Of a DNA stretch of 64,000 nucleotides, positions 31,201 through 39,216 are shown piece by piece; the first letter of the stretch is position 1, and each line of letters opens with the position of its first letter. Below the pieces are notes generated by a model. The model ran no database searches. It worked only from the letters and a program-made list of their open reading frames with translations, and had not been told where the DNA came from. Source of the DNA: a virus (Duplodnaviria; Caudoviricetes). The stretch lies in the IMG/VR virus record IMGVR_UViG_3300034175_000069; one strand, written 5' to 3'. The translations under genes and the position numbers were made by a program.

Positions 31201-33973
31201 GCAGCTCAGCCCGACCGCGATGGACAAGCTGGACGGCCTGAAGCTGGCCGTCGGTCAGTCGGCCTGGGTTGCTGGCAACTCCGTCTTCGTGCGGAACAGC
31301 ACGGGCGAGTGGTTCTACGCCTACACGGACGGGTCGCTGGACCTGGCTCCCACGTTCAGCGACGACGCGGACATGGCGGCCTTCTTCGGCAACACCACCG
31401 CCCCGGCCCCGGTCAAGGTCATCGTCACCGCCCCGACGGCGGCCCCGGCTCCCCCGGCGGCCAACCTCTACGCCGGTCCGGCCATCTCCGGCTGGGCTGC
31501 TGAGGGGCTGCCCGACCCCACCGGCTTCGGTCACCTGGCCAGCTCGGCCGATGCGGTCGGGATGAAGGCGGGCGACTGGCTCTACGTCCAGGGCCTGACC
31601 GGCGGCGGCAACAGCGGCCTGTTCATTCAGCTGCACTCGGACGTGGACCCGGCCACCGGCGGGGACGTGGTCAAGCTCAGCCAGTGGGCGGCCGTGAAGG
31701 ACGGCCAGGTCCAGCCGATCAAGAAGCCCAGCGGCACGCTGGACTTCACCAGCTTCAGCCTGGTCGCGGCGGACTCGATCTACGCGCAGGGCAGTGCGGG
31801 CACCGCGCCTGCGCCGACCGTGCCTGCCACCCCCACCGCGAACGCCCCCATCGCGTCTGTGCCGTCCGCTCCCGAGGCCCCGGCCACTCCGGCCTACCCC
31901 GGCGCTCAGAAGCCCTCTCAGGAGGACATCAACGCCTGGGGCGGGTCGCTGACCAAGGACGGGCACATCCCGACCTCGGGCATGTACGTCACGGGCAAGG
32001 GCCCGATGTCGGGCAAGGTCATCTCGGTCTCGAAGGACAAGACCAAGGCGGTCGTGCTCACCTCGGACGGGAAGAAGACCACCCGCCTGATCGAGGCCCT
32101 GAAGACCGACAAGTCGGCGAACTACAAGGCCTACGCGGCCCCGGTCACGCTGAAGGACATCCCCGGCGGGATGCCGCTGGCGGTTGACACGCCTGGAGAG
32201 GCGCTGGCCAAGACCGCGAAGGACGGGAAGTTCCGGGCCATCCTCACGGCGGCTCCGGGCGTCAGCGGCGGCCAGATGGTCGTCACGAAGACCACCGGCC
32301 CGTCGGGCAAGACCTACAACCGGGTGCACCTGACCCTGACCCCCGCCCAGCGGGAGCAGCTGGTCGCGTCGCTGGCGGGCTCCGGGGAGAAGGGCGACTG
32401 GGTCACCAGCTCCAAGATGTCGCAGGCGGTCGCCGCCGGTGACCTGCTGCCGATGCGGAAGTCCTCCACGGACAACCCGGACGGGACCCCGCGCTGGAAG
32501 GTGGACCCCGCCCAGGTGCCGCCGACCCACGAGGTCACCGGCGTGGTGGACGACCCGGCCGCCAGCGGCGTCAAGATCGTCACGCTGAAGGACCGGAACA
32601 CCGGCGAGGAGATCACCAGCCGGTTCCACCCCGGCAAGAGCCTGACGGTCTACGCCTGGGACGAGAACAAGCCGAAGAAGATCACCGCCGGTGCCTTCTC
32701 GGTCGGCGAGATCGCCAAGGCCCAGGGCTGGTCCCTGGTCACCGATGGCGGGATCTCGGCGGTCAAGGGCGGTGCGGAGAACGGCTCGCTCTACAACGAG
32801 CCCGGCTCGGCCGTGACCAAGAGCGCGCTGGGCCAGGTCTCGCACAGCTGGAAGACGCTGCGCAACGTCTCGGAGGACGGCGTCGTCATCGAGACGGTGG
32901 ACCCGAAGGGCAGCAACGGGCACTCGACCACCGGCGTCACGGTGATCACGCTGCCCGAGGGTGTGGACGAGAAGTCCCTGGGCGCGGCGCTGGCCAAGAT
33001 GGGGATCGACTACTCCCCGATGACCCAGGACTCGGCCAAGGACAACGTGCGGGGCGCGCTCCGCACGCTGCTGAGCCTGGACACCCACGACGTGGACACC
33101 CCGAAGCACTACACCGACGAGATGCTGTTCTCCCAGGCCGGGAAGACGATGGGCATCACCGACCTGGGCTGGCAGGACGTGCTGGTCGGGGTGGACGAGT
33201 CCACCGGCAAGACCAGCTTCTTCTGGTCGGACCGGGCGCGGAACGCGCTCGCCGCGAAGGCCAAGTACAACCTGGTCTACCGGGCGGCCACCACGGCCAA
33301 CGCCGCGCAGATCGTGTCAACCGTGAAGTACGGCTCGGCCAGTTCGATCCTGAAGAAGACCACCGGGATGCTGGACGGCTCCGGCTCGGTCGGGAACGGT
33401 GCCTCGGCCAGCTCGGACAACGCCAACCACGCCGGGCACGGGTCCTACGCCTCGGCCAGCACGGTCAACAAGCTGCCCAGCTCCAACGCCTCGGCCAGCT
33501 ACAAGACCGCCGGGATGATGATCTACCACCGTCCCGAGGCGGTCCTGGGCCGGATCATGGACTTCCGGGTGGCCAACCACGACGCCTTCGGGATGGGCCA
33601 CGGCCAGGGTGCCGACCACCTGGCCCACGCCACCTCGATGTCCTCGGTGAAGGACTACTTCCTCGGCGGCGGGCTGCCGACGGAGGCGGTCGGCTTCATC
33701 GCCGTGCAGAGCGCTGAGGAGCGGCTGAAGGCGATCGAGCAGCTGAAGAAGGACGGCTTCGAGATGATCAACGGCCGCCCGATCGAGGACATCGTCATCA
33801 CGAAGCAGAAGGCCGCGACGATGACCCCCGACGACCTGCCGCCGGTCACGATCCCGGCCAACGCCCGGCCGATCCTGGACCTGCCGGTCTCCTACGACAC
33901 CGCTGCCCCGGCGGCGAGTGCTCCGGCCGCTGCTGCTCCCGTCACCGCTACCGCTGGAGATGCTGTCGCATGA
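25211..33973 (+). CDS. Giant (2920 aa) multidomain head-associated protein: 2H phosphoesterase, HPRxxxGRF motif, HipA/PI3K-like kinase, repeats, unknown C-terminal domain
   Basis: HVTL...HLTL pair; LHPRAADGRF; GGQGGSNPGG, YYVK, NEAL, DAWLGNRD, NVL, IDNGG; strong GC3 bias throughout. Confidence 0.85.
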   Translation: MSDSPKYTTAIIAAVPAKADPVNDVVIEDAHVTLQFLGEADSLSPEQIKDIQDALALMAPNLYPFPADVAGTAELGPDKAKVLLVQSEPLTKLKELLGTVPAVSTAVAAAEQFPNWIPHLTLAYGDDGTQADGDGIEQVTIGSLELWLAEEHHVYELAKSAPGPVEEDSEVASVIAAGLKSFEEGLHPRAADGRFIDKFGVVKYLSPKGGWEYGKVEGINKDEDSGAIQVTVTPSDLSGKITGAESKVLSPKQLYHAPKAKAHLTIAAPGSKKVGGQGGSNPGGLYTIPVAFPKEGSNGQPEKYYVKQPKTKSHGANEALANDLYAEAGVPVPEVDIGSDGQIYSKIIEGKQDMAAQLNNPEWTDQIQRNFAVDAWLGNRDVFGMTYDNVLTDEHGTAWRIDNGGALLYRAMGEKKTDFGSQVTELDAFRQGKKAKIFGPSMTKAQELDGAERVVAISPSRIEEMVADAGLPKSLADTLKARRQYIANYYGLELPETKKADEAQEGSSAPLVDPADISATKGKARGWFKTTLAQAAFVLQTGDKVEFGDGKRVDPGVDDDGSPLSMIGAAAQLLGWQNEHGANAEIFVYKGKVTAGIPRPSHGQKLATADLADQRWQRGDTITSPLGNDAKILGWNSDTGAVLIQYPNQQPQLLDSKGTNANAGPWTVKRWDPPAQEDLDLSAPESATPEAQAPAPAPTPMVEDVPAPDTVPPTAEDLGIVIPTPGKTGQAAEAETAIKADLDQPLPAGTGAPAPAKTSAKGGAKTMVLGDGTEAAPGAEVVSKKDGKTYKFVKPKGQYSVVTDPNGDDPDKLLLKLASTMTQPGKEPTADAGAIEAPKTATGEIPALGMMAVSKDGHAGEITLISPDGKFVFITDANGVRKRKSTGTVTITSAPQAVDTTPKAAPGPLKDYGAAPDLKAAKEAFPGLDYDPAEDLDAGDMVIVGYADGSFGKEPYTGQPLDSLLQNTGGKVANHGTVKDYTGPISTQQLVQASAVKNNSTTFEVVWGGTIGFTDGTVGPSGGLVIWGVENGMPDPGYAFELPKEGQNVHILGSEENFALALPGGTGFQANDGWTGTASPAPLYGDEAKTPAEWSGQISVGQEISLDGQNWLTVTNVMASDSLQVEDSNGATAYLASSSPATYVLKAPPMKDADAPSPAFDPANDTTPDIPGADETTTTGPPTKKPSELVSGDVVVAFDGTYAIIEQAEKEDGFGGWNLTSLGTFETEWAPSSADLKYQGNIKAGSVDVPIGAFAGQFYPGVNFQPGPDHDMTVVSYPSLQDNGNQKFAVMINGDPENLAIVQVGPGAGADIGPDAVMGVYLAPFQTSAESGVDTGKVNDLFDASVTVDQTPPDHYWAMSDQGIDFGNAQYPIYASGSGGYYRIGPNGGQVWNAAQLEWESSSTTVTGMDKVWDGKPFEGKLKIPEGTSLSLYGAGSADYKPDAGEAVALITLPGTSGALIVSPSGSFSPGSKVYTVKGDGSGVYSPGYNVEDLGPGQITVIHDPFGPVDTGPALVHHQGPLAPTFLANKLNDYGYTPADGETFLIAQMPSGGMSVLTKQSDGTYKKIGYSGLGQKTWTLDEVIEQGNDVGADFYTWTHVPEGENGPTVVAGLPGDYAPFIPGEGQAVLKSTMPNGKVSIYLQQQPGGGWYLMSPDGTIDESSDAIKSNHVVQMKLSGKGSSSQKYELLHPTEGGTKATPDAPPTFSNQSTSFTPAPGQKVVQLLSYEGDDDPWFFVQSTPGGEWAPAPTNPEAGAPLGDSGMQAYLAKSLAAQPGAAGSKYTLVYDGTGSAAAPAVDTEDTPTPDFEGYIPQTGDKVISYAPNGTTDPYFYVQQGGEGPYKMAVGGQLSSSTVMQASEIPTNLGPEFGNDFHQEWPLPETTPAAPAGGGVFDGYQSDPGDNVVSFTGPTGGTTTVVKKDGTWQPIVNGQLEADDAYSQDTMEWAASQSGYTVNVLQGSLKGVPGEGAPLDTGGEHYAGVSVATTLSKDAVTTQDASQLSPTAMDKLDGLKLAVGQSAWVAGNSVFVRNSTGEWFYAYTDGSLDLAPTFSDDADMAAFFGNTTAPAPVKVIVTAPTAAPAPPAANLYAGPAISGWAAEGLPDPTGFGHLASSADAVGMKAGDWLYVQGLTGGGNSGLFIQLHSDVDPATGGDVVKLSQWAAVKDGQVQPIKKPSGTLDFTSFSLVAADSIYAQGSAGTAPAPTVPATPTANAPIASVPSAPEAPATPAYPGAQKPSQEDINAWGGSLTKDGHIPTSGMYVTGKGPMSGKVISVSKDKTKAVVLTSDGKKTTRLIEALKTDKSANYKAYAAPVTLKDIPGGMPLAVDTPGEALAKTAKDGKFRAILTAAPGVSGGQMVVTKTTGPSGKTYNRVHLTLTPAQREQLVASLAGSGEKGDWVTSSKMSQAVAAGDLLPMRKSSTDNPDGTPRWKVDPAQVPPTHEVTGVVDDPAASGVKIVTLKDRNTGEEITSRFHPGKSLTVYAWDENKPKKITAGAFSVGEIAKAQGWSLVTDGGISAVKGGAENGSLYNEPGSAVTKSALGQVSHSWKTLRNVSEDGVVIETVDPKGSNGHSTTGVTVITLPEGVDEKSLGAALAKMGIDYSPMTQDSAKDNVRGALRTLLSLDTHDVDTPKHYTDEMLFSQAGKTMGITDLGWQDVLVGVDESTGKTSFFWSDRARNALAAKAKYNLVYRAATTANAAQIVSTVKYGSASSILKKTTGMLDGSGSVGNGASASSDNANHAGHGSYASASTVNKLPSSNASASYKTAGMMIYHRPEAVLGRIMDFRVANHDAFGMGHGQGADHLAHATSMSSVKDYFLGGGLPTEAVGFIAVQSAEERLKAIEQLKKDGFEMINGRPIEDIVITKQKAATMTPDDLPPVTIPANARPILDLPVSYDTAAPAASAPAAAAPVTATAGDAVA

Positions 33974-34842
33974 CCGCGCCCGTGCAGTTCCCCAACCCCG
34001 CGATGGTGGAGACCACCTACCGGGTGACGACCGACCCGGTCACCGACACCGAGGAGGACCGGGTGCGCCTCCAGCCGGTCGGTGGCCTGGTCGCCGGTCT
34101 CGCCGACACCGGCGGCTGGAGCGTCGGCTGGGACGAGGACGGGGGCGACTACATCTCGGGTGTCATCCTGACCTCGGTGGAGGATCAGGGTGACTGGATC
34201 GTGGGCGTCTCGGACAACGGGCAGGCCTTCCGGTTCCGGGACCTGGACCCCTACGACGCAGTGACGATGTCGGCGGCTGGAGTTCCCCAGCCGCTGTCGG
34301 TGGTGCAGGCAGAAGTGATCCGAGGGGGAGTCTTGGCGAGTCAGCTGGACGCAGTCGTGGCACCGGACAACACGGTGGCCACCCTGATGCTGGAGACGGG
34401 TCTGGGCACCTACGTGCGCTACGCCGGGGACTGGCAGTTGCTCAGCAGCGACACCGGGGCCCTGGAGGACATGAGCCTGGTGGCAGTCGGTGCGGCGGCC
34501 CTGGATGTCTGGGACGCCGCTGACGCGGCCAGCCACACGATCTCGGTCTTCGACCTCCCGGTGCCCAGCGCTGACGGCCCGGACATCGACCCGACCACGG
34601 ACGTGGACGTGGAGACCACGGCGGCCATCGCGGCCAGCGGCGTGCAGATCCCGCAGATCGTCCGGACCGAAGACCTGGACCTCGGCATCCGCTACGCCAA
34701 CACCCACCCGGCCGCGCGCTGGTACGTCACCAAGCGGGCTCGCGCGCTCAGCGCCTCCGCTCGGATCCCGGCGCACTGGAACGTGGCTCCAGTGGCCGTG
34801 ACGCCCCCTTTCTCGATGGCCGGGCGGGAGATGGAGATGTAG
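33970..34842 (+). CDS. head-region hypothetical protein
   Basis: ATGA overlap; C-terminal helical motif (DLDLGIRYA...RWYVTKRARAL...IPAHW) resembles a domain in the protease protein. Confidence 0.75.
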   Translation: MTAPVQFPNPAMVETTYRVTTDPVTDTEEDRVRLQPVGGLVAGLADTGGWSVGWDEDGGDYISGVILTSVEDQGDWIVGVSDNGQAFRFRDLDPYDAVTMSAAGVPQPLSVVQAEVIRGGVLASQLDAVVAPDNTVATLMLETGLGTYVRYAGDWQLLSSDTGALEDMSLVAVGAAALDVWDAADAASHTISVFDLPVPSADGPDIDPTTDVDVETTAAIAASGVQIPQIVRTEDLDLGIRYANTHPAARWYVTKRARALSASARIPAHWNVAPVAVTPPFSMAGREMEM

Positions 34843-34985
34843 TCCAGCTGGACTGCCCGGCGGCCATCCGATCGGCCGCTGGACTGTTCGCCGGACTGGC
34901 CGCTGCCGGGCAGCGACCACCCGATGGGATGTACCTGGCCATCGTTGCTGCCGCACGTGTCAACGGGATGCTGCATGATCCTGCT

Positions 34986-36362
34986 GTGCTGACAGCCGCC
35001 AAGTGGCAGGACTGGCTGCACCCGCGCGGCAAGGACGGGCGCTTCATCGAGAAGCAGAGCTTCGTCAACGTCTTCGCCAGCGAGAACGCGCTGCTGTCCG
35101 ACCGCACTGCGGTGCGCCGCCGGGCCAAGATCAGCGACCTCCGTCCCGAGGGTGCCTACGTCGCCTACCAGGACGTGGAGGGCAACCCGATCCCGTCCGA
35201 CGACGCGGCTGGCTTCCCCGCGCTGATCCCGGTCGAGCAGCTGTCCACGAAGGTCTCCACCGCGCCCAAGGCGCTGGCCCACCTCCAGCCCGGCGAGTCC
35301 GCGCGCAAGGAGGTCCAGGACGCCCTGGTCCCGGCGATGAGCCAGGACGACTACGACGTGAAGATCGCCGAGATCAACGCCCAGATCCACGAGAAGCACC
35401 CCGAGCAGGCGGCGATCGTGTCAACCGGCCAGGGGGCCATCACCGACGCCGAGATGGAGAGCCACCTGGGCTTCATCGCCGAGGTGCACAGCCAGTACCT
35501 GGAGGGCGAGGGCCTGGGCTACGACTCGGCCTTCAAGGACAGCTTCGGCCTGTGGTCGGAGGAGTGGCAGCAGATCTTCGACGCGGTCGTGGACGAGGTC
35601 TACGACGAGGTCACGGTCAACCAGTCCAAGCCGAAGAACCGCCGCGCCATCATGCTCGGCGGGCTGCCGGGGGCCGGGAAGTCCTCCACCCTGGATGCGA
35701 TGGCGCAGAGCGGGTCCTTCCGCAAGGACGAGTGGATCACGATCAACCCGGACCTGTTCAAGGACAAGATGTTCGAGCGGGGGCTGCACCCGGACATCGA
35801 GGGCCTGGCCCCGGCCGAGACGGCCAGCTTCGTGCACGCCGCCAGCTCCGAGATGAGCTACATGCTGGAGCAGCTGCTGAGCGTCGAGGGCTACAACCTG
35901 ATCTTCGACATCACGATGGGCGGCACGGCGCGCGCCGGGCAGAAGCCGAACTACGAGCAGGTCACCGACCACCTGGGCAACTGGGACTACGTCGTGGACG
36001 GCGTCTTCGTGGACGTGGACCCGGGCACCTCCCGGGAGCGGGTGGCGCTGCGCCACCAGCAGGGCCTGGACGCACTGCGCACGGGGCGCTCCCGGCGGCC
36101 GGACGATCCCGAGATCGTCAACGGCGGCCGGGTCGTGCCGGACTCCGTCATCGCGGACAACATCCTGGACGAGAACGACCCCGACGCCCAGCGCTACAAC
36201 TCGGCGAACGCCCGGAACTTCGACCAGATGAAGGCCACGTTCGTGCGGTGGGCGGAATGGGACAACACCGGCAAGAAGCCGGTCTTCATCGGCGGCAGTG
36301 GCACTGGTCCCGATGACACCGAGGGCACCCCCGGCTTCTATCCCGAGGAGCAGGCCGCATGA
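34986..36362 (+). CDS. Zeta-toxin-like P-loop kinase with an N-terminal HPRxxxGRF motif
   Basis: IMLGGLPGAGKSS Walker A, INPDLFK, IFDIT, FVDVD...SRERV...R; leaderless GTG after CATGAT-6. Confidence 0.85.
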   Translation: MLTAAKWQDWLHPRGKDGRFIEKQSFVNVFASENALLSDRTAVRRRAKISDLRPEGAYVAYQDVEGNPIPSDDAAGFPALIPVEQLSTKVSTAPKALAHLQPGESARKEVQDALVPAMSQDDYDVKIAEINAQIHEKHPEQAAIVSTGQGAITDAEMESHLGFIAEVHSQYLEGEGLGYDSAFKDSFGLWSEEWQQIFDAVVDEVYDEVTVNQSKPKNRRAIMLGGLPGAGKSSTLDAMAQSGSFRKDEWITINPDLFKDKMFERGLHPDIEGLAPAETASFVHAASSEMSYMLEQLLSVEGYNLIFDITMGGTARAGQKPNYEQVTDHLGNWDYVVDGVFVDVDPGTSRERVALRHQQGLDALRTGRSRRPDDPEIVNGGRVVPDSVIADNILDENDPDAQRYNSANARNFDQMKATFVRWAEWDNTGKKPVFIGGSGTGPDDTEGTPGFYPEEQAA

Positions 36363-36673
36363 CCGCACCCGCAGATCTGACGACCGGTCAGAACGTCCAG
36401 CCGGTACGCGATGCCCTGGAGGCGCTGCGCGCTGGCACGGGCGACTACGAAGCGGTCAGGAAGGCCGTCGGATTGGCGCGGTTCGCCATTCGGCCGCCGC
36501 TGCGCACGCTGGAGGAGATCGGCCGGAACTGGGACTACGTCCCGATCCCGGACAGCTTCACGGATACTGTCAGTGTCGCGCGGTGGCAGAAAGTGCTGAC
36601 GCCTGAGCAGGAGAGGGAGCTGAAGGGCTTGGCCAAGTTCATCGCTCCCGCACCCCAGGACCAGGAGAGCTGA
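36359..36673 (+). CDS. hypothetical protein
   Basis: ATGA overlap with the zeta-like gene (possible partner or antitoxin; unproven). Confidence 0.65.
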   Translation: MTAPADLTTGQNVQPVRDALEALRAGTGDYEAVRKAVGLARFAIRPPLRTLEEIGRNWDYVPIPDSFTDTVSVARWQKVLTPEQERELKGLAKFIAPAPQDQES

Positions 36674-36675
36674 CC

Positions 36676-39216
36676 ATGCCGCTGATGATGTCGGGGTTCG
36701 ACCTTCAGCACCGTCCCACCCGGACGATGCGCGAAGCAGCCCGAGGCTCCAGCGATCCGGTCTCCGCCCTCGTGTCAACCGGCCAGGTCCGGTCGTGGGA
36801 CCTGCTGACCCTGAAGTCCTCCTCGATCCCCGGAGCTTCCGACTGGGCCGAGCGCACGCTGGACGCGGTCGTTGCAGCCGCTGCAACGAGTGCGACCAAG
36901 CCGCTGGACTGCGCCGACTGCGAGGACGTGGGCTTCTACGGCATCGCGGACGCCGAGGACACCGACAAGCTGGTCGGCCTGCTGCGCCGGGTGGGCGAGA
37001 ACGGCTACGAGCAGCTGGTGGCCGGAGCCTGGCGGCCTTACGAGACCCGCTACGACCAGCACGTGGAAGTCCTCTCCCGGGACCTGGCCGGAGATCTGGC
37101 CGAGGCGTTGACCGCCGGTGCCACCGGCCTGGTCCGCCGGTACTTCTGGCCGATCGCCTTCCTGCCGCCCGAGCGCCTGATCGCTGCGGGACCAGCACCC
37201 GAGGAGGTGCTGAGCACTCCGCCGAAGGCAGCCACCGAGGACGTGACGGCCGGTCCCGAGGACGGCTGGACCGAGTACGCGATCGTGGACGAGCTGGACA
37301 CCGGCGCGGTGCTGGAGCTGATCCGGCTGCGTCCGGGGCCCGAGCTGCTGGCCTACCGCAACGGCAAGTGGGACGAGGCTCCCGAGGTGCTGGCCCAGCT
37401 CCAGGGCGTCCAGCCTCCACCCCTGGTTGAGCTTGACCAGGCCCAGCTGGACAACGTCCTGGAGCAGATCGGCCAGGGTCAAGGTGAGGCTGAGGGTTCC
37501 GAGGACAGCGGGGATCCGGGCGAAGGCCTGGACGAGGCCGACAAGACCGAGCCGGTCGCGGCGGCCGGGGAGAAGAAGCACACGCTGCCCGAGGGCGCGT
37601 TCCCCATCGACAACCGCGACGACCTGAAGAAGGCCGTCAAGGCGCTCGGCCGGGCGACGAACAAGAACGCCGCGAAGCGGCACATCATCAAGCGGGCCCG
37701 GGAGCTGAACGCTGTCGGCGTGCTTCCCGAGGACTGGGGGATCACGGCCGGAGCGAAGGGCGCGCTGGTCGCTGACGCCCCGCTGACGGTCTCCCCTGAC
37801 CCGCGCGCCGAGAAGCTGCGCCGCTACTGGACCAGTGGCAAGGGCGCGGCCAAGATCCGCTGGGGGACGCCGGGCGACTGGACCCGGTGCTACCGCCAGC
37901 TGCGCAAGTACATGGGCGTGCGGGCCAAGGGCTACTGCCAGAACCTGCACAAGCGGGCCACGGGTCAGTGGTCCGGAGCCCGTGGGAACCGGACCGCAGG
38001 AGCGGTCGCAGCATCTGGGCGACCCGCTCAGGCCGTGCTGTCGATAGAAGCTGCGCTGGTCGCAGCGATGTCAACCGGCCGCTGGATCGGCCCGGGAGGA
38101 GAGAGCATGACCACGACCCTGAAGGACGGCATCTACGCCGAGGCAGGCAACGAGGGTGGCCTGCTCCGGACCCTCACCGCTGCGGGGTTCCCCGTGGCAC
38201 CGCCGGACGACTGGTTCGCTGACCCTCAGCTGGAGGGTCCGACTCCGCTCACGGTGGACGACGACGGCCGGGTCTACGGCCACATCGCCACCCGGGACGT
38301 GGCGCACATCGGCCTGCCCGGCCGGGTGCACGCGCCGAAGTCCCGCACCGACTACGCCTACTTCAAGACCGGCCAGCTGGTGACCGCCAGCGGCAAGCGG
38401 ATCAACGTCGGGCAGCTGACCCTGGCTGGCGGCCACGCGCCCCTCCAGGCCGACGCTGCGGCGGCCGTGGCCCACTACGACAACACGGCCAGCGCGGCGG
38501 CCGATGTCAACTGCGGCGACGACAAGTGGGGCATCTGGGTGGCCGGGTCGATCCGGCCGGAGGTCACCCCGAACCAGCTCCGCGTGCTCCGTGCGAGTGC
38601 GCCGTCCGGCGACTGGCGGCCGATCAACGGCAACCTGGAGCTGGTCGCCTGCTGCCAGGTCAACGTCCCCGGCTTCCCGGTCACCCGGGCGCGCGTGGCC
38701 AGCGGCGCGATCATGTCGCTGGTGGCCGCCGGTTCCCGGCCGCTCTACGCGATGCGCCTGGCCATGCTGGCCGACGCCGCTGTGGCCGAGCGCCTGACCG
38801 CGCTGGAGGCCCACGTTTACGGTGTAAGCGACGGCCCGGACCTGGTGGGCGACGAGTCTGTCGTGGCCGACGGTGAGCCGGTGGACGCCGATGCTTCCGT
38901 CACGACCGAAACGGACACCGCCGAGGAGGTCGAGGAGGAGGAGACTCCGGCCCCCGAGGAGAAGCCCGTCTCCGAGGCTGTCCAGCGTGCTCGCGCGCTG
39001 GCCGCCGAGCGCCGGGCGGCTGCCGCTGCCACTGAGGAGGTCCCGGCCGAGGAGGCTCCGGCCGTCGAGGCCGAGACCCCAGCCGAGGAGAACGTGGCCG
39101 AGCTGACCCCCGACGAGCAGGAGCGGGCCGACCGCCTGGCCGCGCTGCGTGCTCGCGTGCACGGCGGTGACAAGCAGCCGGTCGCCGCGTCCGCAGGTGA
39201 CCCGGGAAAAGCCTGA
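36676..39216 (+). CDS. Capsid maturation protease fusion protein (cluster-B-like)
   Basis: GRVYGHIA...YAYFKTG...GGHA...HYDNT...GIWVAG...SGDWR...LELVA...VNVPGFP; KIRWGTPGDWTRC...C..LH module; acidic scaffold-like C-terminus. Confidence 0.8.
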   Translation: MPLMMSGFDLQHRPTRTMREAARGSSDPVSALVSTGQVRSWDLLTLKSSSIPGASDWAERTLDAVVAAAATSATKPLDCADCEDVGFYGIADAEDTDKLVGLLRRVGENGYEQLVAGAWRPYETRYDQHVEVLSRDLAGDLAEALTAGATGLVRRYFWPIAFLPPERLIAAGPAPEEVLSTPPKAATEDVTAGPEDGWTEYAIVDELDTGAVLELIRLRPGPELLAYRNGKWDEAPEVLAQLQGVQPPPLVELDQAQLDNVLEQIGQGQGEAEGSEDSGDPGEGLDEADKTEPVAAAGEKKHTLPEGAFPIDNRDDLKKAVKALGRATNKNAAKRHIIKRARELNAVGVLPEDWGITAGAKGALVADAPLTVSPDPRAEKLRRYWTSGKGAAKIRWGTPGDWTRCYRQLRKYMGVRAKGYCQNLHKRATGQWSGARGNRTAGAVAASGRPAQAVLSIEAALVAAMSTGRWIGPGGESMTTTLKDGIYAEAGNEGGLLRTLTAAGFPVAPPDDWFADPQLEGPTPLTVDDDGRVYGHIATRDVAHIGLPGRVHAPKSRTDYAYFKTGQLVTASGKRINVGQLTLAGGHAPLQADAAAAVAHYDNTASAAADVNCGDDKWGIWVAGSIRPEVTPNQLRVLRASAPSGDWRPINGNLELVACCQVNVPGFPVTRARVASGAIMSLVAAGSRPLYAMRLAMLADAAVAERLTALEAHVYGVSDGPDLVGDESVVADGEPVDADASVTTETDTAEEVEEEETPAPEEKPVSEAVQRARALAAERRAAAAATEEVPAEEAPAVEAETPAEENVAELTPDEQERADRLAALRARVHGGDKQPVAASAGDPGKA

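Noticed and set aside
25520-33109. Very long antisense ORFs (25520-29275, 29615-33109, and similarly 19177-20790, 23424-24962, 41358-43217, 45384-47870)
   Set aside because: Shadow frames of GC3-biased genes; the translations are V/G/R/L-rich and carry no motifs.
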